A DNA stretch of 64,000 nt from Rubripirellula sp. (GCA_965216875.1 OZ244207.1:4992001-5056000); one strand, 5' to 3'; shown: positions 37,810-48,755, counted from the stretch's first letter. The notes: a model not told the origin generated them from the letters alone. A program made the numbers and translations.

Positions 37810-39237
37810 CTAGCGTACTTTGCACTCGAACCGGATCGTGACGCTTTCGCCAACCTTCAACTCGTCAGTGAGCTTCCACTGGAGTTTGAGCGATTGACCC
37901 TCGTTCGGCGTCGCCGTGAATTCGGCGTTGCCGCCTTCGACCTTTTCGCTGCCTTGGACGTACTCCAATCGAGTCGTCAAGTTGTCAGCAACGACGACAT
38001 CGGTCACAGCAGAATCGCCGACGTTTTCGATCTTCAAAGCGAATGTCACGGTTTCGCCAGGCAGGGCGTCGCCGCGATCCGCAAGCTTGATGATCCTGAG
38101 CCGTCCCGCATCGGGGAATTCGTAGATCGTGAACGCCTCGAGCGTTTGATCCCGAGTCAGCGTTGGCGGTTTCAGGTCGGCAATCGCGACTTCAAGCGAC
38201 TCGTCGATTGTCCAAGGCACTGCTGCCTGAGCAAGGCGTTTGATCACCGCCAAATCGGCATCAATCAACTCGCCAAGGTCATACAGACGCAAGGCTGCCA
38301 AGGCGGCCATGACATCGGATGCTTGCTCGAGTTGCTGGACGGCATCGACTGGCACACCGCGATTGCGGTCTCGCATCGCATCGATACGACGAGCCACTTC
38401 GGCGTGTGCCAATTCGGTCGAATCAGCCACAACCAAACCAGGAAGTTCGTGATTGATACCCACTGGACCGACTGGCGTGTCCATGGCGTTGAGCGTCACG
38501 GCGCGGCCACCCGATTCGGCAGCCGTCATGTGACGGACCGAAGTAAAACGGGGCGCGTAGATGCAGGTTCGATTGCTCGATTGAAAATGAATGTTTCGGT
38601 CGCCCGTCGTGTAGTGGACGACCGTGTCTTCTAAACCGAGGTTACGAATCGAATCGTCTTTTCTCAACATCGCTTGTGGACTGCGGTCGCCACCGTCGCA
38701 CAAGAACTCTTGCGGGTCGATCCCGTAAGCATTCCAACCTTGTGGTGTGTGCATCACGTAACCCTGCGGTGCGCAGCATTCGCCACAGTTGCCGGATTGG
38801 CAACCACCGCATCCACCGGGTCCACAATTGCCAGCGCCACAACCGCCAGCGGTCGAACAGCCGCAGCTGGCCGGGTCGGCTTGGCCAAACGATTCATCCA
38901 GAATGGCCGGCGCGTAATGCACGGGCATCGCTTGGATTCCCGATACCTGCATGTGTTGCGGTTGCACCTGTTGGCCGACTTGATGCGCCGGGAACGCTGG
39001 TTGCGCGGTAGGCACCTGATAACTGACTTGCTCTGTCACAGGCGTTTGAGCGGCCATCGTTTGCGCAGGCAAAGTTTGAGCGGTTGAATCCGCTACGGTT
39101 TGTTGCGTTGCTGGCGTTGAGGCCAGTTTTGCCTTTGGCGGCATGTTGTACTGAGGCGTGATACACCCCGTCGCCCACAACAGGGTGGCCGACGCCAACG
39201 CAGTGGTGATCCCTTTACGATGCAATTCGATTCTCAT
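37810..39237 (-). CDS. DUF11-domain lipoprotein
   Basis: LWATGC lipobox; Cys/Gly-rich linker; C-terminal KLAD...PGETVTF...ENVGD...DNL..RLEYV.GS (DUF11). Confidence 0.8.
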   Translation of the reverse strand: MRIELHRKGITTALASATLLWATGCITPQYNMPPKAKLASTPATQQTVADSTAQTLPAQTMAAQTPVTEQVSYQVPTAQPAFPAHQVGQQVQPQHMQVSGIQAMPVHYAPAILDESFGQADPASCGCSTAGGCGAGNCGPGGCGGCQSGNCGECCAPQGYVMHTPQGWNAYGIDPQEFLCDGGDRSPQAMLRKDDSIRNLGLEDTVVHYTTGDRNIHFQSSNRTCIYAPRFTSVRHMTAAESGGRAVTLNAMDTPVGPVGINHELPGLVVADSTELAHAEVARRIDAMRDRNRGVPVDAVQQLEQASDVMAALAALRLYDLGELIDADLAVIKRLAQAAVPWTIDESLEVAIADLKPPTLTRDQTLEAFTIYEFPDAGRLRIIKLADRGDALPGETVTFALKIENVGDSAVTDVVVADNLTTRLEYVQGSEKVEGGNAEFTATPNEGQSLKLQWKLTDELKVGESVTIRFECKVR

Positions 39238-39261
39238 GGCTTTGCGGATGCGTCTTGAGGG

Positions 39262-40128
39262 TTAACCACCGACGAAGGTCGATTGTTGGACGGGAGTCGA
39301 TTGTGCTGGTGTCAGTTCTGCAGCAGTTTGCTGAATCGCGCTAGCGGACTGATTGGCGGGCTGATTGGCCGGTTCTTGAACGGGGACCCAGGAGGGGCTT
39401 CCGAAGAAGAACTGTGGCATCAATGCAGGTGCGGTCGGCGGCGAGACCGACCCGATCCGCACGATGGCGACGGGGCGGCCCAAACGATCGGCTGTTTCGA
39501 GTGCGTCTTGATGAGGCGCAATATCGATTGCGGTCGACGATGTTGTTTCTTGAGGCAGTGGTGATGCCGTTTGTGGATCTTCCAGCACGATCACGCGGGT
39601 GACCATCTTGCCCTCGAGTGCGGCTTCCAAGTCCTCGAGATCCAAATTGATCGGGATCGGGTACTTCGTTGCCAAGCCCGGCGGCGGGTAGGTACGGTCA
39701 ATCACTTCCACGGTCGGGAAGAGCTCGGCGCCTGGTGCGCGAGGAATGTTGGTGATTCGAAAACGGTAAACCGCTCCGACCAACATGCCTGCGGACAGAC
39801 GTTTTTCGTCGGGACCAAACGCGTTTCCAATGGGCAACGCGAAGCGAGTCTCTTCGGGGCCGCTAAAGGCAACCGGCTGCAAGTAGCCTGCGATGGGACC
39901 GCGGCCACGCAAACGTGCCTGACCGATGCTTCCTGGCGGCATGTAACCCTGAAAGAGTCGATGTTGCCCTTGGTTGCCCAAGTATTGTGCGGGCGATTGG
40001 GCACTCAACGAACTTGAAGAGGCAACCAAGCAGACCGCGGCGCCCAAGACGGCCAATGGAGTGCGTGCAGCCAATTGGACGATCGACGTTGGTAGGCGTC
40101 TGGCAATGACGATGAAAGAGCTCGACAC
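39262..40128 (-). CDS. Secreted hypothetical protein, paralogue of 40232-41563
   Basis: YRFRITNIP...ELFPTVE...VTRVIVLEDP. Confidence 0.8.
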   Translation of the reverse strand: MSSSFIVIARRLPTSIVQLAARTPLAVLGAAVCLVASSSSLSAQSPAQYLGNQGQHRLFQGYMPPGSIGQARLRGRGPIAGYLQPVAFSGPEETRFALPIGNAFGPDEKRLSAGMLVGAVYRFRITNIPRAPGAELFPTVEVIDRTYPPPGLATKYPIPINLDLEDLEAALEGKMVTRVIVLEDPQTASPLPQETTSSTAIDIAPHQDALETADRLGRPVAIVRIGSVSPPTAPALMPQFFFGSPSWVPVQEPANQPANQSASAIQQTAAELTPAQSTPVQQSTFVGG

Positions 40129-40158
40129 AGTACTACGCTCGATGTTGCTGAGTTGCCG

Positions 40159-40198
40159 AAAAAAGAAACGCGGTGAGAGAAAACCCGCACCGCGTTTC
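40159..40198 (-). terminator. Terminator inside the three-gene module
   Basis: GAAACGCGGTG...CACCGCGTTTC followed by TTTTTT on the minus strand. Confidence 0.7.
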
Positions 40199-40231
40199 GC
40201 TTACTCTCTATCTTGATTTCGAATCTTCGAA

Positions 40232-41563
40232 TCAGTTGCAGTTCGGATCAACCTGTTGGCTGTGCAAGCGATGCACGCCCGGTCCGAAAGGAACACCAGG
40301 ATGGATGTTCTGTTCGGTGATCTTCACGCGGCTGACAGGATTCGGATAGCTGAAGCCTGGGTTCATGCGAACGCCGATCTTCATCTTTTCCACAGGTCGT
40401 GGGATGTGCATCGGGGTGTGATTCTTGATCACGTGCTTCTTCAAGCTCGCCTGATGTCCCAGTGGAATGTGTGGCGGTCCTGGCAATCCGATCGGAGTTC
40501 CCGACATGGTCATTCCGTATTGCGGAGCGGTCACACCAGCGATCATGCCTGGCAGTGCCGGTGGCATTGCCGATCCGCTGCAGCCACAACCTTCGGTCAT
40601 CGCAGGAGCGAACGGAGCAGGCAATCCAGCAACCGGTGGAGCCATTCCAGCACCAGCTCCGCCAGCACCAGCCATTTCGATGTCTTTGTCACCCAAGCGA
40701 ATGATCGCAAGGATCGAACCACGACGGTCGGCTTCGACAATTGGGTCGATGCCTGGATCGAGGCGAGTGCTGACCAAAGTGTCGATACCTGCCAAAGCTG
40801 GACCCGAGAAGTCCGGATCTGGAAGGTAGATGACTTTGGTGACGAAGTTACCGGTCAAGACTTGGTCGAAGTCTTCTTCGGTGAACTGGATTGGCACCGA
40901 GTTGTGAGCCAAGTAGGCACCGGTGCGAGGATTGGCGTAGGCCAATTCGATGGTTGGGTAAAGTTCAACACCTTCGCGAGCGGGGATGTTGGTCAACTTG
41001 ACGCGATACAAACCACCTTGTGGGAAGTTTTGCTTCGCAGGCAAGATCAACGGCTCGCTGTCGAACATGCCCGATCCGGTCGAATCGTAGCGGACTTGCA
41101 TGCCTTCGGGTTGGCCGAACGTGACTTGCACGGTCGGCGGAACACCAGGAAGCATGTTCATGTTGTGTAGGACTCCGCCGCCGGCTGGGATCGTTGATCC
41201 TCCCGAGATGCAGCTTTGGCATCCGTTGTAGTTGACCAAGTCAACTCCGTTGCCATCAGTGCTTGCCACAGGAGCAACGGGTGCAGCAGGCGTTGGCATT
41301 GGGGCCGCACCGGGTCCCATTCCGCCAGCTCCCATCATTCCGCCAGCTCCCATCATTCCGCCCGCACCCATCATGGGCATTGCACCGCCCATTCCGGGAT
41401 GCATTGCAGGTGGAGCCAAAACACCGGGGCCGGGACCTCCGACGCCAGGACCTGGTTCCATTAAGCGTTGCTCTGGCGGCAGATTGTGGCGAACCGGTGC
41501 ACACCCGGTGGCGATTATCGCCGTGGCCGCCAGTAGCGACATATGAGTGACGATTCGTTTCAT
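40232..41563 (-). CDS. Gly/Pro/Met-rich hypothetical lipoprotein
   Basis: IIATGC lipobox; MMGAGG repeats; YRVKLTNIP...ELYPTIE...VTKVIYLPDP. Confidence 0.85.
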   Translation of the reverse strand: MKRIVTHMSLLAATAIIATGCAPVRHNLPPEQRLMEPGPGVGGPGPGVLAPPAMHPGMGGAMPMMGAGGMMGAGGMMGAGGMGPGAAPMPTPAAPVAPVASTDGNGVDLVNYNGCQSCISGGSTIPAGGGVLHNMNMLPGVPPTVQVTFGQPEGMQVRYDSTGSGMFDSEPLILPAKQNFPQGGLYRVKLTNIPAREGVELYPTIELAYANPRTGAYLAHNSVPIQFTEEDFDQVLTGNFVTKVIYLPDPDFSGPALAGIDTLVSTRLDPGIDPIVEADRRGSILAIIRLGDKDIEMAGAGGAGAGMAPPVAGLPAPFAPAMTEGCGCSGSAMPPALPGMIAGVTAPQYGMTMSGTPIGLPGPPHIPLGHQASLKKHVIKNHTPMHIPRPVEKMKIGVRMNPGFSYPNPVSRVKITEQNIHPGVPFGPGVHRLHSQQVDPNCN

Positions 41564-41881
41564 CTTTCCCCCCGTTCCTTCGGTTCTGGCCATCGGTGGC
41601 GGCCGATCGGGCGTCAGGCCCACTCTCACGGCTTACTGACGCCGTTCATCTAGGTCTGAACTATGTAGTGAAATGTTGCATTCGATCTGGGTGGACTCGC
41701 ACCGCCCTGGGACTCTACGATCCCGCGGGCAGCGATGGTCCGTTTGGCTTCGGCCGTCGGTCATCAATTCCTGTGACATCCGTTCACGGGAATCCATGCA
41801 CAAGCCGGGCCAGACCCTGTTCGTAGTTGGTCATCGGCACGTTACACGCGGTATCTTTGCAAAAACCGTCACAACCGGATC

Positions 41882-43000
41882 ATGAAGATCGATCGTCACA
41901 AGCCGGTCTGCGAAACAAAGGACGTGAAACTCACAGTCCTCGGGTGCCTCGTGTTGTTTCTGGCTTGCACTCTCGCCGGCTGTGGTAAGAGCTCGCAAGA
42001 CGTTGCGTCCCGCAATTCAGGTGGTCCCGAAGCCAAACGCAACCAGGTCAAAGCCCAACCAGTTTCACAAAAGACTGCTCTTGAGGTGACCGCTGCGAGT
42101 GCCGAGTTGCCGGCGGAAAAAAAATCTCCTGAAACGAACTCGCCGCGATCTGCCATAGCCTCGCCACGCTCGCAGCCTCAGGCCATCGCTCTGCTGCAAC
42201 AAGTCCTGCATCAATTTGCCAATGGCCCTGCGTTTGATGCCAAGATTCGCGAAACGGTTTGGACCAGCGGCCGTGAAGTCCGCGGTGTCGGTTCCTACAA
42301 ACAGGCGGGCGAAGGCAGCGGGCAATTCAATCTGCAAATGACGATGCATGACGGTCATGGCCAACACCGATTGCAACAAATCAGTGACGGCCGGTTGTTT
42401 TGGACGCGCAGCGAAGTGGCTGGCAAAGTCAAACTGCGTCGCGTCGACGTCAGCCGGCTCGAAGAGTGGGTTCGCAATAGCCTGACCGGTTCCGAGCTCT
42501 CACCCCGTCTGAAAATCGGCGGCTGGACCGAGATGCTCGACATGATCCAACGAGACCACACCCTGCGTGTCGATGCCGCAAGCTTGCAAGGCGAACCGGT
42601 TTGGGTGTTGACCGGAATGCTGAAACCATCGCGTCGGAAAGAGATTCTTAAAGAATCTGGCCGTTCCGAATGGCCGCAGCTCTATCCAACCAAGGTTTGC
42701 ATCGCGATTCGCTCGCAACCCGAGCCAGAGTCGGGGTTTGGTCGATTGCTACCGGCTCGGATCGAGTTTTGGAGCGATCCGGTGCAAGACGTTGCCTCGG
42801 ACGCCCCCCGCCAAGAGCGTGGGCGGCTGATCACTCTGATCGAGATTTACTCGGTCTACGCGATCAATCGGCCCGCCATCGAGCAGTTTCGATTCGAAAA
42901 CCTCGATGCCGAGGTCAACTTCACCAACGAGACCGAACGGTACGTCGAGCAATACGGTGTGGAAATCACCGATAGCCAACGCCGACTCTTGAGACGATAA
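41882..43000 (+). CDS. Hypothetical lipoprotein (possible LolA-like fold)
   Basis: TLAGC lipobox (likely GTG start near 41923); QQISDGRLFW. Confidence 0.7.
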   Translation: MKIDRHKPVCETKDVKLTVLGCLVLFLACTLAGCGKSSQDVASRNSGGPEAKRNQVKAQPVSQKTALEVTAASAELPAEKKSPETNSPRSAIASPRSQPQAIALLQQVLHQFANGPAFDAKIRETVWTSGREVRGVGSYKQAGEGSGQFNLQMTMHDGHGQHRLQQISDGRLFWTRSEVAGKVKLRRVDVSRLEEWVRNSLTGSELSPRLKIGGWTEMLDMIQRDHTLRVDAASLQGEPVWVLTGMLKPSRRKEILKESGRSEWPQLYPTKVCIAIRSQPEPESGFGRLLPARIEFWSDPVQDVASDAPRQERGRLITLIEIYSVYAINRPAIEQFRFENLDAEVNFTNETERYVEQYGVEITDSQRRLLRR

Positions 43001-43094
43001 GAGATTCACAGATCTCCAGACGATTCGGCATCTCTGTGCTAATCTAGGGCCGTCGTCTTTTCTCGCCCACCGTCAGATCTCTTCTTGCGAACCG

Positions 43095-44084
43095 TTGTCC
43101 AACTCTCCTGAAACGTCTCAACCAGACAGCTCCCAATCGAGCACGCTCTACGATTGGTGTCAGCTGATTCGATTGCCCAACGTCTTTACCATCTTGGCCG
43201 ATGTCAGCGCCGCGTTTCTGCTGACCGCTCAAGGTCCGCAGCCAATCGCAAGGTTCGCTTTGATCGTTGGTGCCGGCGTGGCGCTCTATTGGGCGGGCAT
43301 GGTCTTAAACGACGTGTTTGATATCAAGCGTGATCGCGAAGAACGTCCGAAGCGGCCGATCGCCTCGGGTGCCGTCCCGCTAAGTCATGCCAAGACCGCT
43401 GGGTGGGGCTTGCTGGTGATCGGTGTTGGTTTGGCAGCGGCCAGTGGTCAGGTAGCATCGTCGGATCAACATGCGGCGACGTGGATGCCGCTGGCTGTCG
43501 CCGTCATCCTTGCGATCATGATCGTTGCTTATGACGGACCACTGAAGCGAACCCCTCTAGCACCCGCGGCGATGGGCAGTTGTCGTTTCCTCAGTTTCTT
43601 GCTCGGCGCCTCTCCCTTGATCGTCAGTCAATGGAACGAAGGGTTGCCGATACCAACCCACTTGATTGCCATCGCACTTGGCTTTGGAATCTACATTACC
43701 GGGATCACCACCATGGCTCGCAACGAAGCCACCGGTGGCCGCAGCCCACTTTTGCAACAAGGCTTGATGTTGATCATCATCGGTTGCGCGGTGTTGGCAT
43801 TCGCACCACGAACCGCCGATCAGTTTGTGTGGCACATGGATCCACTGACAAAGTTCCCGATCATGATTGGCCTGGTCGCCTTTCCCGTCATCATGCGCGG
43901 TGTCCGAGCCGTCAGCGATCCAAGCCCTGTCAAAATACAAACGACCATTCGTGTGGGCATCTTGTCGATCATTCCCTTTTCAGCTGCTTATGCATTTCTC
44001 GGCGCCGGACCTGTCTGGGGTTTGGCAGTCTTTGCTCTGGCCGTTCCTTCGCTCGCGCTGGCGAGTCGATTTCGTGTGACTTGA
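43095..44084 (+). CDS. UbiA prenyltransferase family (EboC-like)
   Basis: RLPNVFTILAD; LNDVFDIKRDREERPKRPIASG Asp-rich motif. Confidence 0.9.
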   Translation: MSNSPETSQPDSSQSSTLYDWCQLIRLPNVFTILADVSAAFLLTAQGPQPIARFALIVGAGVALYWAGMVLNDVFDIKRDREERPKRPIASGAVPLSHAKTAGWGLLVIGVGLAAASGQVASSDQHAATWMPLAVAVILAIMIVAYDGPLKRTPLAPAAMGSCRFLSFLLGASPLIVSQWNEGLPIPTHLIAIALGFGIYITGITTMARNEATGGRSPLLQQGLMLIIIGCAVLAFAPRTADQFVWHMDPLTKFPIMIGLVAFPVIMRGVRAVSDPSPVKIQTTIRVGILSIIPFSAAYAFLGAGPVWGLAVFALAVPSLALASRFRVT

Positions 44085-44100
44085 GGGAACGGATAGCACC

Positions 44101-44919
44101 ATGAAGTTTGGCGGTCACCTCGGAAGCTTGCTACATCATGACCAAACCAGTGTCATCGGTGAGGTCGCCTCGATTGGTTACCAAGTGGTTGCCGTCCGCC
44201 CACGTCCGGCGCTGCTCGATCCGGCCAGTGATGCCTTCAGCAAGCAGATTCTTCAACTCGGCGAAGCAGCTCGGCAATCAGGTGTCGGCGTGGTCGTGGA
44301 CGCCGATGCGATGTTCATGCCCGACCCGCATCTGTGTGACAGCCGATCGCTTGCCGATCCATCCAAAGCGCGCCAGGCAATCGAATGGCTGAAGGTTTGG
44401 ATCAATGCAGCAGAAGATCTCAACGCCAAGTGGATTACGTTTCGCAGTGGCGTGTCCGAGGATGATGTGCACGCCGAGGAACATCTCGAGTTGCTCGCCA
44501 GTCACCTCAATGAGCTTGTCGCACATGCTCGTGGACGCGATGTCCATCTAGCGCTTCGACCACAGCATGGCGACGCGATTGCGACGGTTGCTCAATTTGA
44601 ACGGCTTGCACAATGGCTGATTGATCCGGACCCCATCCGTCTGGCCGCGGATATCGGTGAGATGTTGTTGGGACACGAAATCCCGTTGGGCGACCGTTTG
44701 GCACGGAACATCGACTCCCTTTCCTGTGTCTACCTGTGCGATCGAACGACAGGCGTGGCTTGCGATCAGCGTTTCGGCCAGGGACACGTCGCGATTTCGC
44801 GCATCGTGCAGACACTCCAGGAAAGTGGTTTTGACGGCCCCGCGATCGTGCGGGTCGATGGCCACAGCGAATGTGGCATCGATCTACTTCGCGAAGCCTG
44901 GGCGATCGTCAAGGTCTGA
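44101..44919 (+). CDS. Sugar phosphate isomerase/epimerase-like TIM barrel (degenerate metal ligands)
   Basis: LALRP (usually LALEP), LAADIGE, FGQGHV...GFDGPAIVR. Confidence 0.7.
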   Translation: MKFGGHLGSLLHHDQTSVIGEVASIGYQVVAVRPRPALLDPASDAFSKQILQLGEAARQSGVGVVVDADAMFMPDPHLCDSRSLADPSKARQAIEWLKVWINAAEDLNAKWITFRSGVSEDDVHAEEHLELLASHLNELVAHARGRDVHLALRPQHGDAIATVAQFERLAQWLIDPDPIRLAADIGEMLLGHEIPLGDRLARNIDSLSCVYLCDRTTGVACDQRFGQGHVAISRIVQTLQESGFDGPAIVRVDGHSECGIDLLREAWAIVKV

Positions 44920-45233
44920 GAGCGAGCCGGTTTCACGCGTGAAACCGGAAAAACCGTGATTTGCGTCTCTAAATTGCTGGACCGATCCAGGTGGACACGC
45001 CTATCATTCGGTTACCGCGGGGGCGGAAAGGACGAACCGCTTGTGAGTTCCAAAGGCGACCCCGCGTCTCACAGCGTGAAGGCGACACATTGCCTTGCCA
45101 ATGCCGGTGAGAATTCTCAGGGAAGAGTGGTGTGGTCAAGCATGACCGCAGGCATGCATGCCTAAAACCCGCGTCGTATTGATCGCGGAAAGTTTGACGA
45201 CCGACACCCCCATACCCAACCGATCAAGCGGTT

Positions 45234-45518
45234 ATGCCAGATCTCACATCCGCTCCTGTCCTGCAGACTGGCGCTTTGTTGCTGATCCTGTGCGTCTTGA
45301 TCGCTGTTGCGTTTTATCTTGTGTCAAGCTTTCGCGACTACGCCGCTCAAGACACGGAAGACGCCCAAGAGGCCCTCGCAAACTTGCAAGAAATGCACCG
45401 CAAAGGTGACATCAGCGACGAGGAATTCCGAACAATACAAGCGAACACCCATCGACAACCTGTTCGAGAGGTGGTCATCGACTCGGCACCTATGGGTGAC
45501 GAGTCACCAGAGTCCTGA
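45234..45518 (+). CDS. Small membrane protein with SHOCT-like domain
   Basis: TM helix plus LQEMHRKGDISDEEFRTI. Confidence 0.75.
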   Translation: MPDLTSAPVLQTGALLLILCVLIAVAFYLVSSFRDYAAQDTEDAQEALANLQEMHRKGDISDEEFRTIQANTHRQPVREVVIDSAPMGDESPES

Positions 45519-46093
45519 GTACGACCCGGAAAACGAAGGCAATCGTTTTCAGCGGTCTAGTCGTCACACGGCAACTAGGTTCGCAGCAAACGGTCTTCGA
45601 CTTGTGACGACAAACGTTGTGGCATCGTTGCTCACCCGGCAATGACTAGAACGGCCTGTCCAACTTGGTCGAGCTCAACTCCCCGGACAATGGTCGCGGA
45701 TGATCCATCGTTTTGACGCAGCAACCTTGGTGGGATAACCGTTCCGAGAACTTGCCCTCCCATATCCATGCGGGCATGCATTCGGAAACCATAAATCGTT
45801 TTTGAATTTGTTACCACGATCAGCTCGAGCTTCGAGGATACGGATGACCCTCCCGGTGATCCCGCCTCCTCAAATACCCATTTCGCCCTATTTTCGGGAC
45901 GAACGGGGTGGACGAGGCTTCGCCGGGAAATGCTTACGCATGGCGGGGATGTTCGAGTCGTGGCCCGAATCGTTTGAAAAGCGATGACTGAATCGACCTG
46001 GGTCGGTCTAAAATGGGTGGTGAGCCATACGGCTCGCAGCCACCCAAATTGGATCGCTCCGGCGCCCAGTCTTCGCAAGTCCAGGAGTCGTGT

Positions 46094-47374
46094 ATGCCCT
46101 CGAAGGATAACCCAAGCTCGCGTCGTGGAAGCTCGCCGAACAAGAAGAATGCCTTCTGTTCTTTTTGTCGCAAAAGCTACCGCGATGTCGGACCTCTGGT
46201 CGAAGGTCCCGGTGACGTCTACATCTGTGGAGAGTGTATTGAGCTTTGCCAATCCATTCTCGATCAGGAGCAGCGTAAACGTGGCCCGTCCAAGTCATTG
46301 TTCGAGGAGATTCCGTCTCCACGCAGCATTGTCGAACATCTCGATCAGTACGTGATCGGCCAATCAGCAGCCAAACGCGTTTTGGCGGTTGCCGTGCACA
46401 ATCACTACAAACGCCTTTCCAGTGAATGGGACGGCGGATCGGAAGTCGAAATCGAAAAGAGCAACATCTTGCTTGCTGGACCAACCGGCAGCGGCAAAAC
46501 TTTGTTGGCTCGATCTTTGGCTCGGATGTTGAACGTTCCGTTCGCGATCGGCGATGCAACCACGTTGACCGAAGCCGGCTATGTCGGTGAGGATGTTGAA
46601 AACCTGTTGCTCAAGCTGTTGCACGCAGCTGACTTTGACGTCGATGCCGCCCAACGGGGCATCCTCTACATCGACGAAGTCGACAAGATTGGCAAGACAA
46701 GTGCCAATGTGTCGATCACTCGTGACGTCTCTGGCGAAGGTGTGCAACAAAGCTTGCTGAAAATGCTCGAAGGGACCGTCGCGAACGTTCCACCGCAAGG
46801 TGGACGGAAGCATCCCGAACAGCAATACATCCAGATGGACACCAGCAACATTCTGTTCATCGTTGGCGGCACCTTTGTCGGCATCGAAGACATCATCCGA
46901 CAACGCCTCGGTCACAAGACTCTCGGGTTCGGCTCAGACGGTAATCAGCGTAACGAGCAATCGACAAGTGAACTGTTAACCCAGGTTCAAACCGAAGACA
47001 TTCTTCAATTCGGTTTGATCCCGGAACTGGTGGGACGTTTGCCGGTTGTCAGTTACCTGCAACCTTTGGACGAAGACGCTTTGGTACGCGTGATGAAAGA
47101 GCCCAAGAACGCTCTGACAAAGCAGTACAAAGCACTCTTCAACATGGAAAACTGTGATCTGGAATTCACTGACGACGCCTTGCACTATGTAGCCAACAAG
47201 GCTCTGGAAAAAGGTGTCGGTGCCCGCGGTCTGCGTGGCATTCTCGAAGAGATCATGCTCGACATCATGTACGACCTGCCGGAACAAGAAGAAGGCACGA
47301 TGTTCAAGATTGACGAAGAAGTGATCTCGGGATCGCAGAGTCTTTTCCAAATGCCTAAGTCCAAGAGCGCCTAG
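46094..47374 (+). CDS. clpX: ATP-dependent Clp protease ATP-binding subunit ClpX
   Basis: CSFC/CGEC zinc finger, [23 protein letters not shown] loop. Confidence 0.97.
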   Translation: MPSKDNPSSRRGSSPNKKNAFCSFCRKSYRDVGPLVEGPGDVYICGECIELCQSILDQEQRKRGPSKSLFEEIPSPRSIVEHLDQYVIGQSAAKRVLAVAVHNHYKRLSSEWDGGSEVEIEKSNILLAGPTGSGKTLLARSLARMLNVPFAIGDATTLTEAGYVGEDVENLLLKLLHAADFDVDAAQRGILYIDEVDKIGKTSANVSITRDVSGEGVQQSLLKMLEGTVANVPPQGGRKHPEQQYIQMDTSNILFIVGGTFVGIEDIIRQRLGHKTLGFGSDGNQRNEQSTSELLTQVQTEDILQFGLIPELVGRLPVVSYLQPLDEDALVRVMKEPKNALTKQYKALFNMENCDLEFTDDALHYVANKALEKGVGARGLRGILEEIMLDIMYDLPEQEEGTMFKIDEEVISGSQSLFQMPKSKSA

Positions 47375-47403
47375 TCCGCTCCTTGCTCAGCTGATTTCTT
47401 GAT

Positions 47404-47437
47404 ACGCCGAGATCGCAAGTCGATCTCGGCGTTTTTT
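47404..47437 (+). terminator. Intrinsic terminator of clpX
   Basis: ACGCCGAGATCG-caagt-CGATCTCGGCGT followed by TTTTT. Confidence 0.88.
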
Positions 47438-47882
47438 CGTGAGCCGAACGCGCTAGCATCGGGCCCTACACCTAACGTCGCTACGCTCGCCAGAGCGAGG
47501 TGATCGCGGAAAGCGGCACCATGAAAACCACCTTCTGGCGAAGGGTGCTACGGGCGGTGGAGGGGACGCGGAGCGTCCGAAAAGTGCGTTACCACGCGGA
47601 GCGGAGGGAGGAGGAAGGTTCGTAGTACCGAGCTTTAGCCGGAATCTTCAGGCTCCTCCGTGAGCCGAACGCGCTAGCGTCGGGCCCTACACCTAACGTC
47701 GCTACGCTCGCCAAAGCGTCGTGATCGCGGAAAGCGGCACCATGTAAACCACCTTCTGGCGAAGGTAGCTACGGGCGGTGGAGGGGACGCGGAGCGTCCG
47801 AAGACTGCGTTACCACGCGGAGCGGGGTAACGAGGACGGGGGCGGGGTAACGAGGACGGGGCGGGGTAACGAGGGACGGGGT
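47438..47882. repeat. Mosaic REP cluster: ~221-bp-period duplication (families F, E, I, half of B) followed by a GGGGTAACGAGGACG tandem
   Basis: Sequence from 47438 recurs at 47659; GCGGGGTAACGAGG occurs three times. Confidence 0.9.
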
Positions 47883-47891
47883 AGGCACCAC

Positions 47892-48755
47892 CTACGACTC
47901 CATCCCAAAATCCTTCTTGGCCTTCTCGTAGAACTTCGTGATATCGACCCCGCCACGGCGTTCTTCTTCCATCAACTTGATGCGGGATTCCAAACGCTCG
48001 ACACGACGCGCCAATTGTGGGATCAGCTCGTGTGTTTCGTCGGGCGGAACAGGGCGGGGCACCTCAGGGTAACCAAGATGTCGCTGCATCCCACCGAATA
48101 GGAACAATGGTTCGCGACGGCGGTTGCCAAAGGCGATTCGGCCCACCTTTTCGTCGAACAGGAACGGCCCCTTGCCTTCGGGAGATTCCCCCGCTGCTTC
48201 AAGCCGTGTCTTGTACTCCACGCTCGAAAGGAAAAGCAGGTCGGCCAGATCGACAAGCCCCACTTGGGCGCGCAACATCAGGATCCACTTCTTCCATTGG
48301 GTGTCGTAATAGGGATCGTTGCTGATCGCCGTCAGCCCTTTGTCGTAGTTGAGCCGATTGCGACACAAGGCTTCGAACTGATAGAAAAACAAACCGGCTG
48401 GCGTCGTTTCTTCGGCCCGATATTTCGCCTCGCCCTCCATGATCAACAGGGCGATTTCCATTGTGAATCGCCCCGCTTCTCGTTCCGCCTGCTCGACAAG
48501 GTAGGCCTGAAAGGGAGTGAAGTAATGGGCCAGCTTGTACATCGCCGGGAACATTTGCCCTGAATGCTTCAGCTCGGTCAGCAGATACTCCACCGCCATC
48601 GGCAAGCGAGTCGTCGCGAGCAATTCGTACTGAATCTGCTCGAGCAACTCCTGCATCGGCATTTCCTGGTCCGTCCGTTCGCGCAGCAATTGGAACAGGT
48701 AACCCTGTTCAACGTATTCAGCGCGATCGAGCGAACCGGATGGTTGGGACGCCAT
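47892..48755 (-). CDS. Hypothetical protein downstream of fabF
   Basis: 287-aa ORF co-oriented with the fab genes. Confidence 0.8.
   Translation of the reverse strand: MASQPSGSLDRAEYVEQGYLFQLLRERTDQEMPMQELLEQIQYELLATTRLPMAVEYLLTELKHSGQMFPAMYKLAHYFTPFQAYLVEQAEREAGRFTMEIALLIMEGEAKYRAEETTPAGLFFYQFEALCRNRLNYDKGLTAISNDPYYDTQWKKWILMLRAQVGLVDLADLLFLSSVEYKTRLEAAGESPEGKGPFLFDEKVGRIAFGNRRREPLFLFGGMQRHLGYPEVPRPVPPDETHELIPQLARRVERLESRIKLMEEERRGGVDITKFYEKAKKDFGMES

Noticed and set aside
45520..46093. Possible small gene or RNA in the long spacer upstream of clpX
   Set aside because: Only a 9-bp inverted repeat (45560/45603) and unconvincing ORFs; not enough support
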